From NCBI GenBank assembly GCA_963588055.1, contig CAVAGB010000001.1, positions 10,092 to 74,091 of the forward strand: a DNA stretch of 64,000 nucleotides. Direction: 5' to 3'. A program made the translations under genes and the position numbers. Below the pieces are notes generated by a model. The model was not told where the DNA came from. It searched no databases and saw only the letters and a program-made list of their open reading frames with translations. Origin of the DNA: Erysipelotrichaceae bacterium. GTDB lineage: Bacteria > Bacillota_I > Bacilli_A > RFN20 > CAG-826. Below, piece after piece: positions 56,701 to 64,000 of the stretch (position 1 is the first letter of the stretch; each line of letters starts with the position of its first letter).

Positions 56701-57859
56701 CCTCTCCTCGGGCAAGAAAGAGAACCCCGAGGAGATCGATCTGAAGCATGAAGGCGCGAGGATGAAGGAAACCAAGGTAGAAGGCTCCTCTTTCGCCGAG
56801 AAGAACTGCATGGATACCTTCAACATGAACTTCCTCAGCTACGGCGCCCCTTTCTATGCCTTGCTCCTAGTGGCCCTCATCTTCGCGGGGATGCAGCTTA
56901 GCTCGGCGACCTTCCCCGAGCTTTCGCTCACCCGAATCCCCGAATACGCCTTCCCTCGCTACATCGTTCTGGGGGTTTATTCGCTCCTTTCCCTCGCCGC
57001 CTGCGGGTTCGCGATCGTCTATAGGAAGAGGAGGCAGCTCTTCTCCCATCTGCTCACCGAGGCCGTCCTGGGGGTCTATCTCGCCTTGACGATGGCTGCG
57101 GGCTTCTTCTTCAGCTGGCAGGATTATCAGCTGGGGGTCTTCGATTTCCTCTATGCCCTTTCCGTCCTCTATCTTTTCTCCTGCTACAGGCTCCGCCCGT
57201 GGAAGATCCTCGTGTATCTTTTCTCCGGCTTCCTCATCCTTTCCCTTTTCTGCGCCTTCGTGCCTTGCCTGCCCTCTTCTTATGGGGCGCTCTACACCGA
57301 ACTGAGCCCGCTATATTTCCTAGTGAACGGGGGCCTCATCGTGGTCTCCGCCTTCCTCAGCAGCGTCCTCTACAAGCTCAACCTCCGCCAGCTCCGCCTC
57401 TCCACGGTGGATCCGCTCACGGAGCTCAGGAACCGCTTCGCTTTGAGCTTGGATAAGAAGAAATACTACGGCCGCCCATGCTTCCTCATGGTCATGGACA
57501 TCGACGACTTCAAGCATTGGAATGATACCTACGGGCACGATAAAGGCGACCAGCTTCTGGTCGAATTCAGCTCGCTTCTGCAGACCATCTTCGGCAAGGA
57601 GAACGTCTACCGCTACGGCGGGGACGAGTTCGTCGTCCTCGCGGGCATCGACCGCACGGGGTTCGAGGATAAGATCGGCTCCTTCCAGAACAGCGTGAAG
57701 CACGAACTCTCGCAGGGGTTCGAGAAAGTCTCCTTCACCGGGGGCTATCGCGAGGTCATCTTCAATAGCGACGCGAGCTTCCTCAGCGCCGTCTCAAGCT
57801 GCGACGCGCTTCTTTACGAAGGGAAGAAATCGGGCAAATCGACGATCGTGGGAAGGTGA
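53795..57859 (+). CDS. Large c-di-GMP signalling protein: N-terminal sensor region, degenerate GGDEF, EAL, PAS/GAF-like region, multi-TM block, C-terminal canonical GGDEF
   Basis: The first GGDEF-like domain has ARFGEDHF in place of GGDEF. The EAL domain has EALARWE, EITE, DDFGAGYSSL, KIDMKF and EGVET. About 6 TM helices lie near aa 1000-1190. The C-terminus has DPLTELRNR...DIDDFKHWNDTYGHDKGD...YRYGGDEFVVL. The start was chosen at ATG 53795. Confidence 0.8.
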   Translation: MNFSPFPKKYSEEIASSSIPLALFRIESKHATPVLVSSGLLLSLSMSESEAMQAFEEDPLFLLREDTKPGIRKTLLSFLKEQSGFDEEIITKYGTHTTFHKVRVSAKMLDFNGARYAYFLFTDLSPYLLHHKNERSNTLALHNTDEQIRRDLFDGLTGLPNMAHFIDLAKVGRASMLARKEPFCVLSFDFIGMKSYNLKYGTAEGDALLKDFGKLLSDTFSPLCCARFGEDHFYAFALTAGIEAVVSCFFDEAKKLNKGNSLPVKVGIYRCTDKDKGDAVTAFDKAKFACDSDRFTYASHYIFFTDEMEANIEMRDYVLSHLDEALEKNWIKAYYQPIFRSVSGLVCDEEALARWEDPVLGIVSPKDFIPYLEEAHLLYKVDIRMIELIIEGFDAKRKANIPLVPVSLNLSRFDFEQADMVEEVKKAMDKAGYPASLLTIEITEAVAGHDQEFISAQIKRFHEAGFKVWMDDFGAGYSSLNVLSDLEFDLVKIDMKFMRNFMTNDKVQPLLSSILQMAQSLGVDTLCEGVETLEQLIFLQNNGCDRIQGFYYEKPIPLSKVLDRTSKWARENVLDTPYYDEVGEACLEHPLGMDSSLGVRSGILEYQDGKCYFLRGTAAYREFLEKGGMVNFSSFTKTRLPFARQPTPAFVDAIERAISSGNPVTAPFLEKGLPAFQITVREIARKGVSVPCYAVLVVLEPSSEEYLVEESLFPTLTVKLLYDGKGKPNNLAYQDCNKKQEAYSGIPKKKLLSMTLNDTFPNPSPFWIELCVEARDSKKEQTGQFYAKELSRNIFYSVSPLWEKDVFLFRFYEIDSDELLNMQDRHDVGADTLLFRASKTLAEGHSINTINLFLEELSRGLGCRFGLYRTRKGISRLVTYAPQIEKTPSFYFSASRLPSFDEQIGKYGHYDSALAPERNGLSSCSRAMAAPIKKAGEILGYLVCFDYGLDKQNETTVCLLEGANLLTTFLSSGKKENPEEIDLKHEGARMKETKVEGSSFAEKNCMDTFNMNFLSYGAPFYALLLVALIFAGMQLSSATFPELSLTRIPEYAFPRYIVLGVYSLLSLAACGFAIVYRKRRQLFSHLLTEAVLGVYLALTMAAGFFFSWQDYQLGVFDFLYALSVLYLFSCYRLRPWKILVYLFSGFLILSLFCAFVPCLPSSYGALYTELSPLYFLVNGGLIVVSAFLSSVLYKLNLRQLRLSTVDPLTELRNRFALSLDKKKYYGRPCFLMVMDIDDFKHWNDTYGHDKGDQLLVEFSSLLQTIFGKENVYRYGGDEFVVLAGIDRTGFEDKIGSFQNSVKHELSQGFEKVSFTGGYREVIFNSDASFLSAVSSCDALLYEGKKSGKSTIVGR

Positions 57860-59398
57860 TCAAGCCTTCGTCGGGGTCGTCAGGAAAGGAGGCAGGTCCT
57901 CCTTTTCTTTGTTCACGAACTTCCTCTTGTCCTTCTTGCAGACCTTGTAGGCGGCGTGCTTGCCGGTGAAAAGGGCGATGGGCAGCCCTCCGGGGGACAT
58001 CGTCCATTGCCCGGCGTAGAAGAAATTCTCCGCCGCGGGGAAATCGCCTTTCCGCCAAAGCTCTTTGGACCTCTTCGTGGAGAGGAAGGACATATAGGAG
58101 CCTTCGTAGGCGTTGGTGTAGCGTTCGTAGGTCAAGGGGGTGACGACGTCGAGAAGCTCCAAATCGCCCTCATTGAGCCCCATCTTCTTCTCCAAGACGG
58201 CGGCGATCTGACGGCCTTTTTCTTCCTTGAAGGAAAGATACTCCTCTTTGCTCATCGCCTTCATCTTGGCGTAGTCGCCTTCCTCGGATAGGAGGAGGAC
58301 GGTGAGGGGGGTGTTGCCCCTAAGGCAAAGGGAGGGATCGAAGGAGAAGGAGCGGACCGAAAGCGAGGTGATCTCCCTCCCTAAGAAAGGCAAGGAGCAG
58401 AGGTAATCGGCGGTGGTGGGGACGCTAGAGATGTCTTTCTTCGTCGCGAAGGAGAACTGGAAGCCGCTGATGAGGGGGAAATCCCCTTTGCGCGCGAAGC
58501 GCTTATCGAAGTAGGGGTCTTTGACTTTCCCCTCCAAGAGCTTCTCAAAGGTGAAATGAGCGTCGGCGGTGCTGATCACGTAGTCGGCATCGACTTTACT
58601 GCCGTCCTCCAAAGTGATGCCTTTGGCGACCCCGTCCTCGAGGTTGATTTTGCTGACGGGGGAGGAAAGGCGCAGCAAGCCGCCCTCTTTCTTGAACTTC
58701 TCCTCGATGCGGCGGATCATCGGGATCGAACCGCCTTCCAAAAGGCCACATTCGCCTTTGGAGAAGGAACTTGCGATGTAGTAGAAGGAGTGCATGTTGA
58801 ACTCCGGCTTCAGGTAGCGGGTGAAAATCGAGCCCAGCTCCTTCGATTTGGCTTTGGAGGCGAACTCGCCTACGGAGATGTGGGTGTAGCGGAGATAGCT
58901 TAGGGCCATCGGGATCATCTTGAAGGCGTAGCCGATCTTCTCGAAGAGGTTCATGTTCTCGACGGGCTTCTTCGTGGGGATGCTCACGGAGCGGTAGGCG
59001 CGGCAATTGAAGATGAAGGAGCGGATGAGGCGCTTGTCTTCGGGGAAGAAGGAGACCATCTCCTTTTGCAGGGCTTTGAGGTCGCCGTAGAAATGGAAGA
59101 AGCGTCCATCGCTCATCTCAAAGGAGGTCAGAATGCGCGAGGGGAAGGTCTTCACCTCGGGGCCGATCGCCCCGATGTGCGACCAAAGGGGGTAGAGCTC
59201 GGAAGGGGGGTAGATGCCCACGATCCAGTGGGCGCATCCTTCGATGTAGACCCCTTTCCTCCACCAGCCGGCGCACACTCCTCCGGCGACGGGGCATTTC
59301 TCGTATATCTCTACGTCGAAGCCGTTGTCCAAACAGTAGATCCCGGCGGTGAGACCGCTGATCCCGGCTCCGATGATGATGACTTTTTTCTTCGGCAT
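57860..59398 (-). CDS. FAD-dependent oxidoreductase (phytoene desaturase/amine oxidase-like family)
   Basis: The N-terminal KVIIIGAGISGLTAGIYCLDNGFDVEIYEK is a dinucleotide-binding fold. It is 512 aa. Its stop codon abuts the convergent GGDEF gene stop with no spacer. Confidence 0.7.
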   Translation of the reverse strand: MPKKKVIIIGAGISGLTAGIYCLDNGFDVEIYEKCPVAGGVCAGWWRKGVYIEGCAHWIVGIYPPSELYPLWSHIGAIGPEVKTFPSRILTSFEMSDGRFFHFYGDLKALQKEMVSFFPEDKRLIRSFIFNCRAYRSVSIPTKKPVENMNLFEKIGYAFKMIPMALSYLRYTHISVGEFASKAKSKELGSIFTRYLKPEFNMHSFYYIASSFSKGECGLLEGGSIPMIRRIEEKFKKEGGLLRLSSPVSKINLEDGVAKGITLEDGSKVDADYVISTADAHFTFEKLLEGKVKDPYFDKRFARKGDFPLISGFQFSFATKKDISSVPTTADYLCSLPFLGREITSLSVRSFSFDPSLCLRGNTPLTVLLLSEEGDYAKMKAMSKEEYLSFKEEKGRQIAAVLEKKMGLNEGDLELLDVVTPLTYERYTNAYEGSYMSFLSTKRSKELWRKGDFPAAENFFYAGQWTMSPGGLPIALFTGKHAAYKVCKKDKRKFVNKEKEDLPPFLTTPTKA

Positions 59399-59479
59399 GA
59401 ACGGTATTATATCCTTAAGAGGATGAACACATAGCCATTTCTCTTTTTTCTATCAATTAAAAAGACGCGTTTGTACAAT

Positions 59480-61141
59480 ATGGCTATGAAAAGCCATGCG
59501 CTGCTACTGATTTTCCCTCTCCTCGCATCCTGCGCCATAAGTTTCGGCCCAATCGGAGACAATAAGAGCGAAAGCTCGGACGTTTCCTCCTCCTCGTCGT
59601 TAGTTTCTTCTTCCTCATCAAGTTCCTCGTCGAGTGCCTCGTCTTCATCGCCCTCGTCTCAGAGCAGCTCTTCCATTGTCTCTGGACCGAGGACGTTGGA
59701 GGTTTACGCGATCAACGACTTCCACGGGGCGATAAAGGAGGAGGGCTCCTTCCCAGGAATCAAAACCCTTGGCAGCTATTTCGCGGATAAAGGGGACGAC
59801 GAGAACACCGTTCTTGTCTCCTCTGGAGACATGTTCCAAGGGAGTTTGGAAAGCAACTACAACAGCGGCCACTTATTGGCCGATGTGATGAACGAATGCG
59901 AATTCGACGCCTTCTCCCTAGGCAACCATGATTTCGATTGGGGCTTAGAAGCGCTTAAATCGAACAAGGACCGCGTCTCCTCCAGCGGCTACCAAACCCC
60001 CTATCTCTGCGCGAACCTCTACGATTATTCTTCCTCTTCTGGAGAAGGCAACGCCCAGCAAAGCGACTACGGCGGAGAATACGCAATCAAAGTGCAAGAG
60101 AACGGGCTCCGCGTCGGGATAATCGGGGCGATTGGGAGACAGCAGCTGACCTCGATTACATCAACCTACATGCAGGACGTCTGCTTCAAAGACCCGGCGC
60201 CGATCATCAAAAACATCTCCGACAAGCTGCGGACGGAGGAGAATTGCGATGTCGTCATCCTCTCTTTCCACGCCGGGCAAAGCTCAATGCTTGGCCAGGG
60301 GATTACCTCAACTTCCTCCGTAAGCGGAAAGCCCTACGTCGATCTCGTTTTATGCGCCCATACGCATAAATTCGAAAGCACGACCGAGAATGGGATCATC
60401 TTCACTCAGAACGACGACAAGGGGGAAAACGCCTCACATGTCACCTTGACCGTCAGCGAAAGCGGCGAGGTGAGCGGCGAATTGGAGACCGTCACCGTCT
60501 CCGACATGAAGGCGGAAGTGCAGCAAAATGGCTACGACCAGGCAATCTCTGATCTTGTTGCGAGCTATGGGCAAGAGACCGATGCTGTCGGTAGCCAGGT
60601 CCTTGGAAACTTAAGCGGCAGTTTCTATTCAAGCGAGCAATTGCCCAACCTCGTGGCCCAGGCGATGCTTGAGGAAGCGAGCGAATCCTTCTCTGACATC
60701 GACCTCGCGATGGTGAACAACGGAAGGGCCACCCTCTATTCCGGCTCGCTGACATACAGCTCTCTTTTCTCCGCGATCCCCTTCGACAATGAGATTTATA
60801 TCCTTGAGGTCAGCGGCAGCGTCCTCATCAAAGAGGCTAGCTACAATTACATCGCCAGGGGCAGGGAAGAGGCCTTCGAGAGCACCCCCACCTCGACTTA
60901 CCGGGTGGCCGTCATCGATTACCTCGCCGTCCATCAGGACCTCAGCCGCGTCTATGATTATTTCCCTGGCTTCACACTCGTTGGCAAAGTCACTGCTGAC
61001 GGCGGAGGGAAGCGCGTCTACCGCGACATCGCCGCCGACTACATCAAAAGCAAAGGCACCGTCAGATCCTCCGACTACGCTTCCTCTTTGAATAGGCACA
61101 ACCATAATAGAGACACCTTAACCACCGCCGTCACGCTCTGA
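59480..61141 (+). CDS. Lipoprotein 5'-nucleotidase / metallophosphoesterase (UshA-like)
   Basis: Lipobox PLLASC, then a long Ser-rich linker, then INDFHG, SSGDMFQGS, GNHDFD and CAHTH metallophosphatase motifs and a 5'-nucleotidase C-terminal-like domain. Confidence 0.75.
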   Translation: MAMKSHALLLIFPLLASCAISFGPIGDNKSESSDVSSSSSLVSSSSSSSSSSASSSSPSSQSSSSIVSGPRTLEVYAINDFHGAIKEEGSFPGIKTLGSYFADKGDDENTVLVSSGDMFQGSLESNYNSGHLLADVMNECEFDAFSLGNHDFDWGLEALKSNKDRVSSSGYQTPYLCANLYDYSSSSGEGNAQQSDYGGEYAIKVQENGLRVGIIGAIGRQQLTSITSTYMQDVCFKDPAPIIKNISDKLRTEENCDVVILSFHAGQSSMLGQGITSTSSVSGKPYVDLVLCAHTHKFESTTENGIIFTQNDDKGENASHVTLTVSESGEVSGELETVTVSDMKAEVQQNGYDQAISDLVASYGQETDAVGSQVLGNLSGSFYSSEQLPNLVAQAMLEEASESFSDIDLAMVNNGRATLYSGSLTYSSLFSAIPFDNEIYILEVSGSVLIKEASYNYIARGREEAFESTPTSTYRVAVIDYLAVHQDLSRVYDYFPGFTLVGKVTADGGGKRVYRDIAADYIKSKGTVRSSDYASSLNRHNHNRDTLTTAVTL

Positions 61142-61144
61142 AAA

Positions 61145-61190
61145 GCCCGCAAAACCCTTCTATCCAATAAAAAGAAGGGCTTTTTGCGGC
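61145..61190. terminator. Bidirectional hairpin between convergent genes
   Basis: GCCCGCAAAACCCTTCT ... AGAAGGGCTTTTTGCGGC form imperfect long inverted repeats, with A/T runs on both sides. Confidence 0.5.
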
Positions 61191-61209
61191 CCTTCTCTTA
61201 GAAAGGAAA

Positions 61210-62235
61210 TCAGAAATCGATGGAAGTCGTCTCTAAGCCTACGGTCACGTCGGCGAGATAGCTCCTCAGCTTCGTGACGTCTGCCTTTAAGGCCCAACGG
61301 ACCGTATAAGTCATTCTGTTTCCCTCGTCGAGGTAGATGAGGCAATCGTAGGACCTCGCTACGCCTATGACGCCTTCCTTGTTCAGCCTCCTTTGATCGG
61401 AGTAGGAGAGCTTCTCGTAAACTTTGGCGACCCCTTCCAAGACGACGGAGGGGGCATCGCTCAGCCAGACCGATTCCTCGCTTGCGCTTTCGACTTCATC
61501 TATCGCCTTCTGGATGCGCGCCTGCAGGGCGTTGTCGTTAAGGAATTCGCTTTGAACCCAGGGGACGGTGCCCGCGTAATTGACGGTGTAGGTGGCGTTA
61601 TATCCGCTGGGGTAGGGCTTGGTGTAGGTGACCGAGAATTTCGGGTAATAGCGGGCGGTGGACTGGGTCTTCTGGGAGGTCAGGAAGGCTTCTTGGTCTG
61701 AAAGGGAGGTGACCGTCAGCAGATCCTCCCCCAGCACGGTTTCCCCTTTTACCCTGTCTTGGCAATTCTCCACGAAGGAGATGAAGCGCTGGACGTAGTT
61801 GAGCTCGAGGGTCGCGTAGAGGCTTTCGTCGATCGCCGAGGTGACCTTCGCCTCCATCACGTGATCGAAGGGGGCGGAGCAGGTGAGGGTGATGGTTTGC
61901 TTCTCGGAATCGATGGCGAAAGTCACATAATCGGCGACGTCGGCTTCGTAAGTGGCATCCTTCCAATATAAGGATAGGTTCACCTCCTTAGAGGCGTTGG
62001 CGGGGGTGATGGTGTAGCTGAACGTCTTGATCGACTTCTTGGCATTCTGGACGGTGCCGATGTGGCTCACGCTGATGCCGTGGCTAGTGACGTCCGTCTC
62101 ATCGTCTAAGCTCTGCGAGGCGTTTTCTCTCGCCTCGCCTCCTCCTTTTTTTAGGATGCCTCCGGCGATGAGGGATGCGCTGAGAGCCATGGCGAGCGAT
62201 GTGATGAGGATGGTTTTCGTCTTCTTTTGCTTCAT
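61210..62235 (-). CDS. Hypothetical secreted or membrane-anchored protein
   Basis: It has an N-terminal signal/anchor (KTKTILITSLAMALSASLIAGGIL). The remainder looks beta-rich, and no family was recognised. Confidence 0.5.
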   Translation of the reverse strand: MKQKKTKTILITSLAMALSASLIAGGILKKGGGEARENASQSLDDETDVTSHGISVSHIGTVQNAKKSIKTFSYTITPANASKEVNLSLYWKDATYEADVADYVTFAIDSEKQTITLTCSAPFDHVMEAKVTSAIDESLYATLELNYVQRFISFVENCQDRVKGETVLGEDLLTVTSLSDQEAFLTSQKTQSTARYYPKFSVTYTKPYPSGYNATYTVNYAGTVPWVQSEFLNDNALQARIQKAIDEVESASEESVWLSDAPSVVLEGVAKVYEKLSYSDQRRLNKEGVIGVARSYDCLIYLDEGNRMTYTVRWALKADVTKLRSYLADVTVGLETTSIDF

Positions 62236-62459
62236 TGGTGGATCGACCTCTTCTTTCTAAGGGGATTGCCCCTCACCTTATCAATAAAAGCGAATTCGGC
62301 TTTTTACCCAATGAGCGATGAAATATTCTTCTTTTTCTTTTCTAGGGCCTCCTTATATATAAGGAAAGGAGAGGGGCGGTCCGGGCCGTTTGCCGCCCTT
62401 TTCTAGGGCAATGTGCTTCTTTCCCTCGGGGGAAAGGGAAGGTATAATCCTTCTCGCGC

Positions 62460-62535
62460 GGTCCATTAGCGCAGCGGTTAGAGCTCACGACTTATAATCG
62501 TGTGGTCATTGGTTCAAATCCAATATGGACCACCA
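62460..62535 (+). tRNA. tRNA-Ile with a genomically encoded TAT anticodon
   Basis: Acceptor GGTCCAT/ATGGACC; anticodon arm CACGA-CTTATAA-TCGTG, with positions 34-36 = TAT and A37; T arm ATTGG-TTCAAAT-CCAAT; encoded CCA. A TATAAT box lies at 62443-62448 upstream. Confidence 0.8.
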
Positions 62536-62536
62536 C

Positions 62537-62628
62537 GGAGGAATACCCAAGTGGTTGAAGGGGTCGGTCTTGAAAACCGATAGTGGGGCTCCGCTCCAGC
62601 TGGGGTTCGAATCCCCATTCCTCCGCCA
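62537..62628 (+). tRNA. tRNA-Ser (TGA)
   Basis: Acceptor GGAGGAA/TTCCTCC; anticodon arm TCGGT-CTTGAAA-ACCGA; long variable arm; T arm TGGGG-TTCGAAT-CCCCA; encoded CCA. It starts 1 nt after tRNA-Ile. Confidence 0.9.
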
Positions 62629-63006
62629 GTTCGTTAGCGTCCGAATCCCGTATTCACATCACTATGGGGTTGGATAGGCATAGATCACAAAAACATAAGG
62701 AATCGATGAAGAAATCCACCAGATAGCCGCGGTTGATTCTTCACAGCATTCCTAAGCTTTTCGGACAAAAGCATTGCAGGATGCGTGCGCACGCCATGTG
62801 CAATATGGTCCGGTTAGGAATCAAGCCGCTTGGCGCATTCCGAATCGCTAAGCCGATGGTGAACGTCGAACGTGACAGAAGGCTTTTTTAAGCTTTCGAT
62901 TTAAGGTAGTATAAGAGTGCTTCGTTACTTTTCTCTACGAATCGCCGACGTTTTATTGGCTGTGTTTTGAAGGAAGGCAAGGATGTGAAACAAAGGAGGA
63001 ACCGCG

Positions 63007-64000
63007 ATGCCCAAAGCTCTTAGTTTCGTTTCGTTGCTAGGATCGGCCTTGTCTTTGGGATCAGGGCATCTGCTGAACGGTACCCATCTGTATCAAGCCG
63101 ATTCGACAACTGCTAGTTCACAAGCTGAGGAGAAGCCTACTCTAAAAACGGAAGCGCAGATCCGGAAAGGCATCAATTCCGTCGAGGAAGAGTTGAATGC
63201 TTTGATCGGAATAAGCTCATCTGAGATTTTAGGGTCAAAGATCATCCGTGATTTTGCGAACAATGAATATCTGTTCGTAAGTTTTTCTGGGCGAGGCTAT
63301 GGGGTTTTGAATGTCAGCAACGACGACGTCGTTGAGCTCGCCCCCTTTGCTCCATACCCGATTGATGTAAATGCAGAAACCGACGACCGTTATGTGCCGT
63401 GGGTGGGGTTTTTCCAAAAAGAAGGCGAAAACTTCAGAGACTTGAAAACCGGATTGCTGATCAGCGAAGCTGAACGCGAAGTCTTGGCTGATGAATCGGC
63501 TGAATTCCTCACGCGATCCATCAGCGATGCCAATGAAGCCGAAGAGAGAGAATCGGATGGCCTTTCGGTGGCTAACGGTTCTAGGATTGTAAAGAAATCA
63601 GCACCCGTAAACCATTCTTTGAGTGCGGGGCTGCTATATGCAGATAAGGAAATCCCCTACGCTTGGTATTTCAAGCGCAACTTCAACTCATTCCCCAGCA
63701 ACGATGGGGACGACTGCGGATACGTCGCCGCATCGATGCTTTTGGCCTATTCCGAAATATTCGAATGCACGGGGTACTTTTCGTCCTCTGAAGCGGCGAC
63801 CTACATCACGCCGTATAACGGCACTAGGTCTACGGTCGATGGCGAAGCAACTTGGGATGGAGTGCCGAAGCTGTCCAACGCCTTCCCTTATGGTGCCTGG
63901 GGTTCGGATATTGGGGGAAGCACCCCTTCTGAAATCGATAGCGCCATCAAGGGTTTTCTCTCTAAAAAATCAGTTTCTTATAGCCTTTATCACCGCTATT
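63007..64000 (+). CDS. 3'-truncated secreted protein, possibly a papain-fold (C39-like) cysteine peptidase
   Basis: It is absent from the ORF track because it has no stop in the window. I translated it by hand: ATG 63007 follows a AAAGGAGGA SD, and 331 codons stay open to the window end. The N-terminus is signal-like (MPKALSFVSLLGSALSLG). The motif SNDGDDCGYVAASMLLAYSE resembles a catalytic-Cys helix. Confidence 0.5.
   Translation, partial: MPKALSFVSLLGSALSLGSGHLLNGTHLYQADSTTASSQAEEKPTLKTEAQIRKGINSVEEELNALIGISSSEILGSKIIRDFANNEYLFVSFSGRGYGVLNVSNDDVVELAPFAPYPIDVNAETDDRYVPWVGFFQKEGENFRDLKTGLLISEAEREVLADESAEFLTRSISDANEAEERESDGLSVANGSRIVKKSAPVNHSLSAGLLYADKEIPYAWYFKRNFNSFPSNDGDDCGYVAASMLLAYSEIFECTGYFSSSEAATYITPYNGTRSTVDGEATWDGVPKLSNAFPYGAWGSDIGGSTPSEIDSAIKGFLSKKSVSYSLYHRY

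Noticed and set aside
63235-63417. 60-aa minus-strand ORF, the only track ORF after 62.3 kb.
   Set aside because: It lies antisense inside the much longer open frame 63007..64000(+), which has a strong SD and a signal peptide.
1-64000. Mollicutes-type genetic code 4 (TGA = Trp).
   Set aside because: TGA terminates many well-supported genes exactly where family-typical C-termini end, and it participates in ATGA coupling (potC/potD, apbE/NusG_II, NusG_II/Gx). No in-frame TGA was needed to complete any recognised domain.

Overview
This is a 64-kb chromosomal window from a moderately GC-rich bacterium that uses the standard code (TGA ends genes, often in ATGA overlaps). A Firmicutes or wall-less Bacilli-like origin is only a guess, based on many lipoproteins, a fused ABC-FtsX protein and Rnf. 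The GC-rich backbone runs in this order: potABCD polyamine ABC transporter; tRNA-Cys and tRNA-Arg; an XRE-type membrane regulator; an AraC-controlled glycoside utilisation locus (GPH symporter, GH2, sugar-phosphate isomerase, GH78 rhamnosidase, GH43-like, GH1); tRNA-Pro; a flavodoxin-MerR pair; a YlmH-like protein; rnfCDGEAB with unusual features, followed by apbE, a NusG-II protein and a Gx transporter; feoAAB; tRNA-Arg; uxaC; a fused ABC ATPase/FtsX permease; pdxK; tRNA-Ala and tRNA-Met; a 1354-aa GGDEF/EAL signalling protein; a 5'-nucleotidase lipoprotein; and tRNA-Ile(UAU) with tRNA-Ser. Several visibly AT-richer patches interrupt this backbone. (1) 19.3-25.1 kb, next to tRNA-Pro, holds a 1237-aa P-loop (STAND-like) protein with a C-terminal HTH, plus a tightly coupled DUF4417 / toxin-like / immunity-like operon. 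This is my best candidate for an undescribed conflict or defence system. (2) 36.1-39.7 kb holds a DUF4143 AAA ATPase, a small unknown protein and an AlbA_2/Schlafen-like protein, preceded by a 4 x 34-bp tandem repeat. (3) 46.0-47.7 kb holds a second AlbA_2 gene, flanked exactly by two 123-bp direct repeats. (4) 50.8-51.1 kb holds a frameshifted orphan RelB/DinJ antitoxin relic. (5) From 62.6 kb to the window end there is a partial secreted peptidase-like gene. I recognised no rRNA, CRISPR array, integrase or transposase. All family calls come from motif recognition by eye. No searches or computations were run.
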